Source: Opitutales bacterium (GTDB taxonomy: Bacteria; Verrucomicrobiota; Verrucomicrobiia; Opitutales; JABSRG01). Taken from it: DNA of 64,000 nt. The notes below the pieces were generated by a model. That model searched no databases, was not told the DNA's origin, and worked only from the letters and a program-made list of their open reading frames with translations. A program made the translations under genes and the position numbers. The stretch covers positions 32,001 through 96,000 of the forward strand of contig JBMYOQ010000008.1 of assembly GCA_049599475.1 (NCBI GenBank), written 5' to 3'. Below are positions 25,352 to 38,618 of the stretch, in pieces (the first letter of the stretch is position 1; each line of letters begins with the position of its first letter).

Positions 25352-26638
25352 TTAAACGAGGATCAAGGAAGGATTTTCGAGAATGTCGCGCAAGGTGCTA
25401 AGGAACTCGGCGCCATCCGCTCCGTCGACTGCGCGGTGGTCGCAGCAGAGAGCGAGGTTCATTACCTGGCCAGCCTGGATGGATCCATCCTTGGCAACGA
25501 TCGGCTTCGCAACGGATGCTCCGACGCAGAGGATGCCTGCATTGGGTGGGTTGATAATTCCGAAGAAATTGCTGATTCCGAGGCGTGGCATACCCATGTT
25601 TGAAACTGTGAAGGTGTGGCCCGACATTTCGGCAGGGCTGAGCTTCTTGGCCTGAGTCTTCTTGATGAGGCTCTTGGCTTCCGCGCTGATTTGGCGAATG
25701 CTCTTGTTGTGAGCGCCTTCGATGGTGGGGGTGAGTAGGCCGTCTGGGATCGGTACTGCGAAGGCCAAGTTTACCTTGTCGTGGTATTCAATGTGGTCGC
25801 CCATCCAAGAGACGTTCATCGCAGGCACGCGGCGCAGGGCTTCGACACTGGCCTTAAGAATAAGGTCGTTCACTGTGAGCTTCACCCCTTGAGACTCGAG
25901 TCCAGCATTCAGCTCGCCGCGTAGCTTTAGAAGGGCTCCGGCGTTTACTTCGATGCTGAGGTAGAAATGAGGAATGGTGTTCTTGGATTCCAGAAGGCGG
26001 CGAGCAATTGTGCCGCGCATAGTGGACACAGGGACTGTCTTGGCTTCTTGGACGAGGCCACCTGGGAGTGGCGCTGCCTTCGCTTTTTCAGCAGGGGCCG
26101 CCTTGGCAGGGTTCTTCGCAGCGGCTTCGACGTCGGCCTTCACGATGCGCCCGTTCGGGCCCGTGCCCTTGACGGATGAAAGATCTACTTTGAGTTCGGC
26201 AGCAATCTTCTTGGCAAGTGGGGATGCCTTTACACCAGAAACAGCTGGTGCAGCTGCGGGAGCCGGAGTCGATGCGGGTGCCGGAGTGGGCGCTGGAGCA
26301 GGAGTCGGTGCCGCCTTGGGCTCTTCCTTCGCTGGTTCTGCTGGTTTCTCTTCCGCTGGGGCTGCCTTAGGTGCAGATTCGACTGCGGGAGCGTCCTCGC
26401 CCTCTTCGCCAACGGCACAAATGGGCTCTCCAATAGCTACTTGCTCTCCTTCGGCTACATACAGTTTGAGGATGACGCCGTCTTCGAAGTTTTCGACCTC
26501 CATGGTCGCTTTATCGGTCTCGACTTCGGCGATCATGTCGCCAGAAGCAACGGTTTCGCCTTCTTTTTTCAGCCAGGATACGAGCACGCCGTGTGTCATC
26601 GTATCGCTCAGTTTAGGCATTTCAATTATAGTAGCCAT
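25352..26638 (-). CDS. pdhC: Pyruvate dehydrogenase E2 dihydrolipoamide acetyltransferase
   Basis: Lipoyl ETDKATME, PSBD ASPLAKK...GTGPNGRI and catalytic DHRAVDG. Confidence 0.97.
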   Translation of the reverse strand: MATIIEMPKLSDTMTHGVLVSWLKKEGETVASGDMIAEVETDKATMEVENFEDGVILKLYVAEGEQVAIGEPICAVGEEGEDAPAVESAPKAAPAEEKPAEPAKEEPKAAPTPAPAPTPAPASTPAPAAAPAVSGVKASPLAKKIAAELKVDLSSVKGTGPNGRIVKADVEAAAKNPAKAAPAEKAKAAPLPGGLVQEAKTVPVSTMRGTIARRLLESKNTIPHFYLSIEVNAGALLKLRGELNAGLESQGVKLTVNDLILKASVEALRRVPAMNVSWMGDHIEYHDKVNLAFAVPIPDGLLTPTIEGAHNKSIRQISAEAKSLIKKTQAKKLSPAEMSGHTFTVSNMGMPRLGISNFFGIINPPNAGILCVGASVAKPIVAKDGSIQAGQVMNLALCCDHRAVDGADGAEFLSTLRDILENPSLILV

Positions 26639-26692
26639 GGATGTCGTTGAAGAGTGTTGTTATTAAATTTGTTGGAGAGGAGTAGGGGAACC

Positions 26693-27667
26693 TTAGATGA
26701 TCGAGAGCACTTCCTTGATTACGTTCTTCGTGGAAGGGATCTGGAGTTTTTCGAGAGGCATTGAATAAATTTGTGGCGCGTCGAGAGCAGAAACACGCTT
26801 GATCGGAGCGTCCAAGTAATCGAAGGCTCTCTCTTGGATCAAGTAAGCGATCTGGGCGTCGACTCCGCAGAACGGCTTATTTTCCTCTACGAGCACGGCC
26901 TTGCTGGTCTTTTTGACCGACTCAATGATCGCATCTTCGTCGAGTGGGCGAATCGAGCGCAGGTCGAGGACCTCAGCTTCAATTTCGTATTCCTCTTCGA
27001 GAATCTTTGCGGCTTCGAGACAGGTGATGACTGCACCTCCGTGGCAGACGAGCGTCACGTCTGTGCCCTCGCGTTTGACGTCTGCTTTGCCCAGAGGAAC
27101 GATATAATCTTCCTCAGGCACTTCCCACTCCATCCCGTAAAGGACGGTAGATTCCATGAAGAAGACTGGGTCATTATCGCGGATTGCGGCCTTCATCATG
27201 CCCTTGGCATCGTAGGCTGTTGCCGGGTATACGACCTTTAGGCCAGGAAAGTTAGCTGCGCTATTCTCGGGTGTGTGTGAGTGTGTCGCGCCGACGTTGG
27301 TGCCGCCGTTTGCGGGTCCGCGAATTACGATAGGGCAGTTGATCTGGCCCCCGGACATGTATCGCACCGCTGCAGCGTTGTTGACCATTTGGTCCCAGGC
27401 TACGTAGGCAAACGAGTAGAACATCAACTCAATGACTGGACGGATGCCGAGCATCGAGGCGCCAATGCCCATTCCGATAAAACCTGCCTCGGAAATAGGG
27501 GTATCGACGACACGCTTGTCGCCATACTTGGACCACAGTCCTTCGGTCACTTTGTAGGCTCCGTTGTACTGAGCTACCTCTTCGCCCATGAGGACTACGT
27601 TTTCATCGCGTTCGATCTCTTCTGCGAACGCATCATTGAGTGCTTGTCGGTATGTAATGGCCGGCAT
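26693..27667 (-). CDS. pdhB: Pyruvate dehydrogenase E1 beta subunit
   Basis: GEEVAQYNGAYKVT, DTPISE and DLRSIRPLD. Confidence 0.97.
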   Translation of the reverse strand: MPAITYRQALNDAFAEEIERDENVVLMGEEVAQYNGAYKVTEGLWSKYGDKRVVDTPISEAGFIGMGIGASMLGIRPVIELMFYSFAYVAWDQMVNNAAAVRYMSGGQINCPIVIRGPANGGTNVGATHSHTPENSAANFPGLKVVYPATAYDAKGMMKAAIRDNDPVFFMESTVLYGMEWEVPEEDYIVPLGKADVKREGTDVTLVCHGGAVITCLEAAKILEEEYEIEAEVLDLRSIRPLDEDAIIESVKKTSKAVLVEENKPFCGVDAQIAYLIQERAFDYLDAPIKRVSALDAPQIYSMPLEKLQIPSTKNVIKEVLSII

Positions 27668-27682
27668 GGTAAAAATCTAAAA

Positions 27683-28783
27683 TTAGCCCTCGATAGAGTT
27701 GAAGAAGTGTGTGCCTGTGCTTCCCGCTTCGGTTTTGTTGTCCACTTCCCAGTAGACGTCCGAGAAAATTTCTTCTGCAGGAGGGAAGGGGCTGGCTTCA
27801 GCAAATTCGACAGAGGCTTTGGCTTCTTCCTTGGCTGCCTTCTTGATTTCCTTCGCGGATTCTTCAGTTAGGACGCCCTCTTTGATGAGGATATTTTGAA
27901 ACAGGTTGATCGGGTCGTGATTCTTTTTGTAGTTCTCGATCTCTTCCTTGGAGCGATACTTTTGGTGATTCGCGTCGGCGATTGAGTGACCGTAGTAACG
28001 GTAGGTTTGGATCTCTAGAAGCGTCGGTTTGCTCTCATTGTGAGCTCGCTCGATAGCTTTCTGAGTCCCCGCGCGGACTGCGTAGATGTTGGATCCGTCG
28101 ATTACGTCCCAAGCCATGTTGTAGCCTTCTGCGCGCGCCGCTAGACCTTCTGCCGGGTGAGAAGATGAGCGCACCTGTGAGGTGCCCATTGAGTAACCGT
28201 TATTTTCAATGATGAAAATTGCTGGGAGGTCGAAGAGTGCTGCCAGGTTCAAGGATTCGTGGAAGGCTCCTTGGTTGATCGCGCCGTCGCCAAGGTAAGT
28301 CATACATGAACCCTTTTGGCCCTTGTATTTCACGCCATAAGCGAGGCCGATTCCCAGAGGAGTCTGACCACCGACGATTCCATGCCCGCCCCAATAGTTC
28401 TTATCGGGAGCGAAAAAGTGCATCGAGCCGCCCTTACCTTTGGAGCAGCCGGTATATTTTCCATACAGTTCCGCCATGCACTCGTTCATATTCATCCCGA
28501 CGGCCAAAGCGTGGCCGTGGTCGCGGTAGGCCGTGATGATGTGGTCGTGCTCACCCATTAGGGAAACGGTACCGACTGCGGTCGATTCTTGACCGATGTA
28601 AAGGTGGAGGAATCCGCCCATCTTTCCCTTTTGATAGCTTTGTAGAGCGCTCTGCTCGAAGACGCGGATACGCTCCATGTCGCGATACAATGCGATCTTT
28701 TCATCGGCGGATAGACCGGCGTTGATCGGCGCTTTCGAGAAATCCTCGGAGGATGGTTTGCGGGCGTTTTTCTTCTGACTCAC
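27683..28783 (-). CDS. pdhA: Pyruvate dehydrogenase E1 alpha subunit
   Basis: GGFLHLYIGQE, GKGGSMH, GDGA...ENN TPP motif and TYRYYGHS. Confidence 0.97.
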   Translation of the reverse strand: MSQKKNARKPSSEDFSKAPINAGLSADEKIALYRDMERIRVFEQSALQSYQKGKMGGFLHLYIGQESTAVGTVSLMGEHDHIITAYRDHGHALAVGMNMNECMAELYGKYTGCSKGKGGSMHFFAPDKNYWGGHGIVGGQTPLGIGLAYGVKYKGQKGSCMTYLGDGAINQGAFHESLNLAALFDLPAIFIIENNGYSMGTSQVRSSSHPAEGLAARAEGYNMAWDVIDGSNIYAVRAGTQKAIERAHNESKPTLLEIQTYRYYGHSIADANHQKYRSKEEIENYKKNHDPINLFQNILIKEGVLTEESAKEIKKAAKEEAKASVEFAEASPFPPAEEIFSDVYWEVDNKTEAGSTGTHFFNSIEG

Positions 28784-28845
28784 AATTTTATGTACAGCTA
28801 GGAATGCCGTTGGTGAACGGGACTGAAGGCGGAAAGTTGGGAGAA

Positions 28846-29334
28846 TCAGAGCGATTCTTCAACTACTAATTCCACATTGTTGTCAGAATCGAAGCTCGCT
28901 CGAACGGCGGTGAATCCGTCCAGGTGTCGATCGTAGAAAGGCCAAACGATCGTCTTGTCGGTCTCTGGAATGCTAATTTCGTCGATTTCTTGCCGGGTGA
29001 AAAACTGGAATGGGCCCTCGTCGATCTCCTTTGGTAGGGAATTTAGGGTGGGCTTGATTTGAAACATGAACATTAGCCAATGAGTGTTTCCCTCATAGGC
29101 CTTCTCGGCGACCATTGAGAAAAGATGCAGGTCGTTGTGGCTCAGGGTGAGTCCCAGCTCTTCGTGGGCCTCTCTAGCTGCACACTCGTAGGGAGATTCG
29201 CCGATAGCCATTTCCAATTTCCCCCCAGGGGGACTCCACAGGCCGTAGTTTGGGGCCTTGCGTCGCTGCATCATAAGGATCTTTTTTGACGAATCTTGAG
29301 CAAACAGAAGGGTGCTGATTTTGTATGGTGTCAT
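28846..29334 (-). CDS. NUDIX hydrolase
   Basis: Nudix box GGKLEMAIGESPYECAAREAHEELG. Confidence 0.9.
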   Translation of the reverse strand: MTPYKISTLLFAQDSSKKILMMQRRKAPNYGLWSPPGGKLEMAIGESPYECAAREAHEELGLTLSHNDLHLFSMVAEKAYEGNTHWLMFMFQIKPTLNSLPKEIDEGPFQFFTRQEIDEISIPETDKTIVWPFYDRHLDGFTAVRASFDSDNNVELVVEESL

Positions 29335-29419
29335 AGTTTATGCGGATCAAGCGGCGTTAATAATAGCGAGATTTTTATTGCATTAAGGTCATTTGAGACG
29401 TTAAGGCTCCCTCTTGCTT

Positions 29420-30013
29420 ATGAGATCCGTTCTACCCCTATTAGTCCTGATGGTCCTTCCGGCTGCCCTGAGAGCAGGCATTGAGATCCAGGATGTTTCA
29501 TTCAGCGAGCTCCGTAGTAAATCCATCTTAATGGCAGTAGAGCTCAAGGCCGGCCGGGAATCTGGTTCCCGAGATAAATACATCAGTGACATCAAGGTCG
29601 CGGTCTACGCGAGTTGGGGAGATCGAGGGCAGACGGATCCGGCGAGTCTGAAATTTTACCGATCCGCAGCAGAAATTGTGGCGATCGAGGTGAACGACAC
29701 CGTAACCGTTCCATTTATTCTGTCTGGAGCTGTCGCTGATCGTGATGAGCTACGTAAAGATCCTTTTGGATACTATATCGAAGTTCAAGTGGGCGGTGAG
29801 GCCGTTCCCTTTTCGCCAGAATTTGTCTCGCCCAGTATTCGCGACAACGCCAGTGCTATTCGCTCTATCAAGCAGCGTGCCGAAGGCGAGGACGGCAAGG
29901 CAAATGACGGCCTTTTCGTACCTTTTTATTTAGCCACATATGGGCTTGAAAACGCGAGTATCAGAAGCCTGCCGTTCTTCCGCAGATCTGAGATCGAATC
30001 AATTTTTGAATAA
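29420..30013 (+). CDS. Exported protein, positional counterpart of Akkermansia Amuc_1102
   Basis: Signal peptide (ALRA|G). First gene of the pilM-like to secretin cluster; the call rests mainly on synteny. Confidence 0.5.
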   Translation: MRSVLPLLVLMVLPAALRAGIEIQDVSFSELRSKSILMAVELKAGRESGSRDKYISDIKVAVYASWGDRGQTDPASLKFYRSAAEIVAIEVNDTVTVPFILSGAVADRDELRKDPFGYYIEVQVGGEAVPFSPEFVSPSIRDNASAIRSIKQRAEGEDGKANDGLFVPFYLATYGLENASIRSLPFFRRSEIESIFE

Positions 30014-30062
30014 TTAGTCTTGTCTTTAACACACTTTTAGCAGTTGGTTTTTTAAACACCCG

Positions 30063-31805
30063 ATGAGTTTCTTTACCCCACTTGTTATCCACTGCGGAGC
30101 CAGCAGTGTTTCCGTCGCTCGTTTCAGCGAAGGAGGATCCGGTAAGCGAACCTTGGAGTCGTTCGTTACGAGCGATTTGGTATATGATTTTTCCTCAGAT
30201 GAGGAGTGGTCGTTCGCAGTAGTCGAAAAGCTTAAGGAATTATCTTCGAGCGCAGGTCTTTCGGGACATCCGGCAACATTGATTTTGCCTGGTTTCCGAT
30301 TGCTCACGAAGTCTTTCAAGATTCCACACGTTGAGGAAGGGCAGCGAGCACAGATCATTGCCTTTGAGGCACAGCAAAATATTCCGTATCCGCTAACTGA
30401 AGTTGTATGGGATAGCCAAATCATCGGAGATGACGGCATTGAGACAGACTGTCTGTTTGTCGCGGCCAAAAATGACTTTATCCAAAGTCTTCTAAATCAG
30501 CTTTACGGCATCGGGATGAATGTAGTCCAAGTCACCGCTTCTTCGGTGTTGGACCACAGCGCGGTTCGATCGATTTTGGGAAGCGGTGCAGATCAGCACC
30601 TCTTGATCAATATTGGAGCGCGCGCCTCGAACCTTATTTTCATCGGGGAGAACGGATTCTTCGTGCGTAATATCGCGTTGGGCGGTAACTCCCTCACTCA
30701 GCAAATCGCAGATTCTATCGGGTTGAGTTTTGCTAAGGCCGAGGCCTTGAAGGTGAAGTTCTTCACCGGAGCTGAGTCTTTTGCTCAGGATGACCCGCAC
30801 GTTAAGATGATTTTGAACTGTGCTCAGCAGTTCATGCAGCGAATTAGCACCGAGGTTACACGTTCCACCGTGAACTATCGCAGGCAGAACAAGGGCAAAA
30901 GTGTTAGCTCAATTTTGCTTACTGGTCGCGGCTCGCTTCTGAGTGGTTTCACCGACTACCTGAAGCAGAAGCAAAAGGTGGAAGTCCAATACTTTGATCC
31001 ACTGGAATGTGTGGAGATTGCTCCGAGCGTGAACACTGCGAGCTTGGACATGGCAAAATTCCAAGTATCTGAGCTGTTCGGCTTGGTTTCTGATCTTGGA
31101 GCATCGGGCTCGACCACTATCAATCTTTTACCTCCGCACATCCAGGCAGAGCAGCGTTTCTCAAAGCAGAAACCTTTCTATCTGACCGGGGCGTTGGCTC
31201 TTGGGATTGCTGCGTTGCTACCATTCTTCTACCTCAGCTCTAAGGCTTCCGCATTGAGCGATACTGCGAAGAGTTACAAGGACGCGACACAACCGCTCCT
31301 TGCAAATCAGACGATGATCGCAGACAAGACTCTGAAAGCTGAAGAAATCGCTTCAAAGATTCAGAAAGTCGAGGGCCTCGCGGACTCGCGCTTCAATTGG
31401 GCATTCTTCTTTGCTGATGTGCAAAAGGCTTTAGACTCTGTCCGTGATGCTTGGTTGGATGAACTTACCGTTGATCGTGAGCTGAAGGAGACCTCGGTTC
31501 TGAGTCAAACAGCGTATGACGACTTTGGTAATCCTCTGAAGATTACGCAGACAACGGTAGATTATAAAGTGGTCCTCTCCGGGCGCATGCTTCTTCGAGG
31601 TGAAGATTCTAGAGTGGTCCCAGATGCAGCGATTGATCCTTCTGAGATTACCAGCCGCATCCGCAGCCTTACCCAGAGTCTAGCCGAGTCTGATTTTTTC
31701 ACCAATGTCTCTGATCCTACGATTGACTTCACTAAGCTCAACGAAGGTCTGAACCTGATCTCTTTCCAGTTAACCCTGACGGTTGATTCCGAAAAGCCAC
31801 TGTAA
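30063..31805 (+). CDS. pilM: PilM-like (PilM-PilN fusion, Amuc_1101-type) type IV pilus assembly protein
   Basis: Actin-like motifs FEAQQNIPYPL.EVVWD, INIGA, GGNSLTQQIA and LLTGRGS, then INLLP, a TM segment and a periplasmic PilN-like region. Confidence 0.85.
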   Translation: MSFFTPLVIHCGASSVSVARFSEGGSGKRTLESFVTSDLVYDFSSDEEWSFAVVEKLKELSSSAGLSGHPATLILPGFRLLTKSFKIPHVEEGQRAQIIAFEAQQNIPYPLTEVVWDSQIIGDDGIETDCLFVAAKNDFIQSLLNQLYGIGMNVVQVTASSVLDHSAVRSILGSGADQHLLINIGARASNLIFIGENGFFVRNIALGGNSLTQQIADSIGLSFAKAEALKVKFFTGAESFAQDDPHVKMILNCAQQFMQRISTEVTRSTVNYRRQNKGKSVSSILLTGRGSLLSGFTDYLKQKQKVEVQYFDPLECVEIAPSVNTASLDMAKFQVSELFGLVSDLGASGSTTINLLPPHIQAEQRFSKQKPFYLTGALALGIAALLPFFYLSSKASALSDTAKSYKDATQPLLANQTMIADKTLKAEEIASKIQKVEGLADSRFNWAFFFADVQKALDSVRDAWLDELTVDRELKETSVLSQTAYDDFGNPLKITQTTVDYKVVLSGRMLLRGEDSRVVPDAAIDPSEITSRIRSLTQSLAESDFFTNVSDPTIDFTKLNEGLNLISFQLTLTVDSEKPL

Positions 31806-31806
31806 T

Positions 31807-32787
31807 ATGGAATTCGCAAAAAAATATCCTGTTTTTTTGTCAATCTGCGTGTTGTCAGCAGTGATGCTGGTGTCAGGGATCGTATTGACATTTATGACAC
31901 TTGGTAAGGTGTCAAAAGCTGAGTCGAGTGTGCAAAGAGCTAAGAATCAGTTTAATGCACTTCAATCTGGTAGCCCGTCTCCGGTTTCGGAGAACATCCA
32001 GGCATTGGATACGAACATTGCAAATCTGAGTGATTCGCTTACGAGTGCTCTTTCTCGCCTCGAAGCGACGCGCCCGTTCGTCTTGGCTGAGGACGCAGAT
32101 GTGCTGCTCCCGACTATCGTGAAATACATTCGTGATTTCCGAACCCGGGCAGCTGCAAATGAGTTTGTGATTGTTAAGCAAGACGAGGCATTTGGCTTCT
32201 CAACTTATGAGAAAGACGTGCCGCCACCTGCGCGTGAAAAGGTCCCTCTTGTGGATAAGCAGCGCCAGATTCTGACCTATGTCGTTCAGCGCCTATTTGA
32301 CTCTGCTCAAGTAGGTGAGGCTATCGAAGTCGTGTCGGTTTCACGTGAATACGTAGAAGTCGAAGAAGATCCTACTGCGAACACAAACAATCGCAGAGCA
32401 ACGACCTATGATGATCAGTTTGAGGTGGATCCCGCTGTAACGGCCCGTGTGGATGGTGCCGTGGATACGCTTGCTTTTGAAATCGTGTTCAGCGGATACA
32501 CCGAGTCACTTCGACGATTCATCGAATCTTTGTCTCAATTTGAGCTCCCTGTTGTGATAAGAAGCGTAGAGGTTGAGCGAAAGCAAGTTGAGGAGAGTAG
32601 AAGCTCATCAAGCCGCAGCAGCTCGGCGCGCAGCACCTTGGAAGATCTGTTTGGTGTCAGTGGAAATAGCAGCGATGCTGACGAAAGCGCGACCACCACG
32701 GTCTCCGAGCGCAAACCGATCGTAGACCAAAACGAAAGTATTTTCACCATCGTCGTGGAATACGTAGAAGTATCGATTCAACCCTAA
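31807..32787 (+). CDS. Amuc_1100-like pilus-associated (PilO-like) protein
   Basis: N-terminal TM, coiled coil, FGFSTYE..PP and FEIVFSG....LRRFI..L.....PVVIRSVEVER. Third position in the cluster. Confidence 0.7.
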   Translation: MEFAKKYPVFLSICVLSAVMLVSGIVLTFMTLGKVSKAESSVQRAKNQFNALQSGSPSPVSENIQALDTNIANLSDSLTSALSRLEATRPFVLAEDADVLLPTIVKYIRDFRTRAAANEFVIVKQDEAFGFSTYEKDVPPPAREKVPLVDKQRQILTYVVQRLFDSAQVGEAIEVVSVSREYVEVEEDPTANTNNRRATTYDDQFEVDPAVTARVDGAVDTLAFEIVFSGYTESLRRFIESLSQFELPVVIRSVEVERKQVEESRSSSSRSSSARSTLEDLFGVSGNSSDADESATTTVSERKPIVDQNESIFTIVVEYVEVSIQP

Positions 32788-32796
32788 CTTTAGCCA

Positions 32797-33681
32797 TTGA
32801 TGAAAGCTTTTGCAGATAAAATTCTATGTGGATGCGGCGTCGCGGCTTTGGTCGCCAGCGGAGCCTGGACATTTATGTCTCTCGGAGGTGTGCAGGCTCA
32901 GGATATTTCGAATGTCGCGAATTCTCCAGCGGGAGTGAAGGTCGACCCGGTCTCAGCACCCAGTGCGAGTGTTGAAGCGCCCGACTGGAAAAGTCCGGTA
33001 AGCCAAGATCCAGAAGACGCAAATTGGGTTTATGGTGTGTTTACCCCACCGAAAATCTACGAGGATAATGGATATTTCTCTGCCGTGCCTCCGAAAATCG
33101 AGGGGACTGGTCCAACGCATACTATCGACGTGGAGCTTATTGAAATGGCTCAAAAGCTTTACCGCTTCCAATTCGAAGGTTATGTCGAAGAAGATGCCTC
33201 GGATCCCAGGAAGAATTTGGCGATGCTATTAGACCGCGAAACCAATTTTGCGGTGCGTGCACGCGTCGGTCGCGAATTCCCGAACGAAGGTATTCGTATT
33301 CTTGATCTCGATATCCAGCGCAGTCTAGATGCAGACGGTGTCGTTTCCCGAATAGAACGTGTGACCATTCAAGAGATCGCAACGGGTCTCGAAGTCATAT
33401 TGGAAAACGGAATCGATAAATACGAAGAAGACGTATCCATAAAGATCCGATCTTCCTTCACGGGTGATATTGTCGAAATCGACGCCGAGACCACAACTTT
33501 CGAACTCAATGACCTGACCTACGCACTGATCAATGTAGATGTGCCCAACTCTCAGGTAACGGTTCGTAAACCCATCGAGGGCGAGGAAGGTGAAGAAGAT
33601 TTTCTGACCGAGACCCTAGAAATCGTTGAGTTGTCTACCGACTCGATCTCCTCTCCGGCTACAAACTTGCCACTCTTCTAA
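32797..33681 (+). CDS. Amuc_1099-like pilus-system protein
   Basis: N-terminal hydrophobic anchor, VFTPPKIY and beta-rich body. Lies between the Amuc_1100-like gene and the secretin. Confidence 0.55.
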   Translation: MMKAFADKILCGCGVAALVASGAWTFMSLGGVQAQDISNVANSPAGVKVDPVSAPSASVEAPDWKSPVSQDPEDANWVYGVFTPPKIYEDNGYFSAVPPKIEGTGPTHTIDVELIEMAQKLYRFQFEGYVEEDASDPRKNLAMLLDRETNFAVRARVGREFPNEGIRILDLDIQRSLDADGVVSRIERVTIQEIATGLEVILENGIDKYEEDVSIKIRSSFTGDIVEIDAETTTFELNDLTYALINVDVPNSQVTVRKPIEGEEGEEDFLTETLEIVELSTDSISSPATNLPLF

Positions 33682-33735
33682 TCCCTGTCCGCCTAACTAA
33701 TCATTTAAACTCGATTACACTCCTACTGATTGCGA

Positions 33736-36483
<2,748 letters not shown>

Positions 36484-36623
36484 AGCAGGTCTTGAGAGCC
36501 TCTTCTCAATGAATCTTATTCCGAATGAGCACTCAGAGATTATTCTCTGGGTGCTCTCGTGATAGCAGAGAAGGACTTCTTTGCCCCATAAATATCCCTA
36601 TTAACTGCTCTTTCTGAATCATC

Positions 36624-38561
36624 ATGATTTTTCAGCTGAACAACGACTACTCCTATTTAGGAAAGATAGTGGGACTCGTATTTTTCGGTTTCCTCTGTAA
36701 CCAAAGTAACGCGGACTATGAATCTGAGGCCGCAGCCAATACTCGATTGTACGCTGAAGGCACAATTGCTGGCATCATCGACACATATGCTAAAGTCGAG
36801 GCGCAGCCCGAAGATGTTTCCCGATTCGCTGATGACCTTTTGAATGGAGCGTCGCTCGAATCAATCTTTCTCGATATGAGAGAAGAGATTCCTGACATGG
36901 CGGTCGTGGAGGACAAAATGGGCGCTTTTCACATGATCACGGATACATACCCGGATCCTGCTAATTATATAAGCCTACATCAGCGATCGATTGGTATCCT
37001 AGGCGAGGTGACATTAGGCGAAAATGGAAATGAATTTGAGGATACTCTCGAAATAGGTGTTAACCAGATTGTGAATTCTGATCTGGAGCTGATAGCCTCT
37101 GGTGGAAGCCTTTTCGTAGAACAAGATTTCGACCACTTCGAGTTTACGATCACTGAGCCCGGTCTATTCGTTATATTTACTCGAGACAATGCTTCGTCTT
37201 TGTTTGGAACTGAAATGACCTTGTTCGACGAGAATGGAAACAACATAGGTTTCGATGATAATAGTGGTGCGGGATTCTTCTCTCGTATTGAAACGACTCT
37301 TGAGCCCGGAACGTATGTGGTTCGTGTTGAGGGCGACTTCTTTGATACTGGAAATTACACCCTGGTTGTAAGTTCAACCAGCACGGTAGGTTTCGGCGAC
37401 GATGATAATGACGATGACCATGGGGACTCAATTCAGACAGCAACACCCATTTTACTTAACTCAAATACGTTTGGAACTCTAGATGGACAGGCGCTAGACG
37501 ACGGTGGCTTGTTTGTGAGAGACCGAGACTTTTTTGCCTTCAGTTTAACTGTTGAGGGAACGGTGTCTGCCTATACGACAGTGACTGATTTCTTTACCGA
37601 CACATATATAGAACTGTATGACTCAGATGGAAATATCATCCTCGAAAATGATGATGGGGGTGTGGATTTAAACGGCTCTGTGACCACAACTTTGGAGCCA
37701 GGCCGATATTATCTGAATGTGCGCGGGTTCAGTTTAAATGAAGTCGGTGATTATGCTCTGACACTCACTGGACCTCAAGGGGCGGATCGCCCCGCGTTGT
37801 CTTTGGAAGATATCCCAACTAGCCTGATTTCATTTGCAAGTTTGTCTCTTGCTGAACCTGAATATTCAAATGAATTCGCCTCCGCGACTGCTCTGGTGGA
37901 TGAATACAATGATGGTGTGAATAGCAGGCGTGAAATTTTTAGCGCGCTGTATGAAAATAGAGTTGAAGGAAGTCCCACACAGATTCAGATTAACCAGGGA
38001 CAGAACCGTATATTTGACCTAGGTGGAGTCAGTGAGTTTGTGGCAGGCTTTGTGATCGACGTGGTGTTTGGCCTTCAACCTATCATCTGGGATGTTCCGG
38101 ATACAGGCCGAGCTGATTTTGCTGCAGCACTCAACGTTATCTATAAAGCTGGAGAATCTAGAGATCGAGATGTCTTAAACAGCGAAATTAGTGACATTTC
38201 CGATGAACAACTCGTAACCGAAGTATTGGATTCGCCTTTGTTAGAGGAAGGTAAGGTCGAATTTGGGGTGTTGTCATTTGTTACTGGAGGAAACCTCTCA
38301 CTGGGATGGCTCAATAGTGTGGAATATGGGATGCTCTATGGCACAAATTACCCATGGTATTACAGCCTTGATCTAAACGAGTGGGTATTCTCTGAGGCCA
38401 ATTTAGATGGTGATGATTGGTTGTATGTAACGGGCTTGGGCTGGGGTTGGATCCCAGAGGAGGAATTCCCTTATTTTTATTCTGCCGATCTGAATAAATA
38501 TATTTATCTGGAGGATGGCTTCTACTATGACTTCGAGTCAGATTCTTGGGTCGCTTACTAA
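36624..38561 (+). CDS. Secreted acidic protein with two PPC-like (pre-peptidase C-terminal) beta domains and an aromatic C-terminal domain
   Basis: Two repeats of DxDxFxF...DTxxxLYD..G......DD.G.......TLEPG.Y...V.G.....G.Y.L, a DDHGDS motif and a W/Y-rich tail. Confidence 0.75.
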   Translation: MIFQLNNDYSYLGKIVGLVFFGFLCNQSNADYESEAAANTRLYAEGTIAGIIDTYAKVEAQPEDVSRFADDLLNGASLESIFLDMREEIPDMAVVEDKMGAFHMITDTYPDPANYISLHQRSIGILGEVTLGENGNEFEDTLEIGVNQIVNSDLELIASGGSLFVEQDFDHFEFTITEPGLFVIFTRDNASSLFGTEMTLFDENGNNIGFDDNSGAGFFSRIETTLEPGTYVVRVEGDFFDTGNYTLVVSSTSTVGFGDDDNDDDHGDSIQTATPILLNSNTFGTLDGQALDDGGLFVRDRDFFAFSLTVEGTVSAYTTVTDFFTDTYIELYDSDGNIILENDDGGVDLNGSVTTTLEPGRYYLNVRGFSLNEVGDYALTLTGPQGADRPALSLEDIPTSLISFASLSLAEPEYSNEFASATALVDEYNDGVNSRREIFSALYENRVEGSPTQIQINQGQNRIFDLGGVSEFVAGFVIDVVFGLQPIIWDVPDTGRADFAAALNVIYKAGESRDRDVLNSEISDISDEQLVTEVLDSPLLEEGKVEFGVLSFVTGGNLSLGWLNSVEYGMLYGTNYPWYYSLDLNEWVFSEANLDGDDWLYVTGLGWGWIPEEEFPYFYSADLNKYIYLEDGFYYDFESDSWVAY

Positions 38562-38618
38562 TTAAATAATCCAGAAGGGCTTGATTGCGCTTTTTCTAAA
38601 CTCAACTATTTAATCATC

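Noticed and set aside
25974..27871. Long plus-strand ORFs (230, 156 and 196 aa)
   Set aside because: Antisense to the codon-biased pdhC and pdhB genes.
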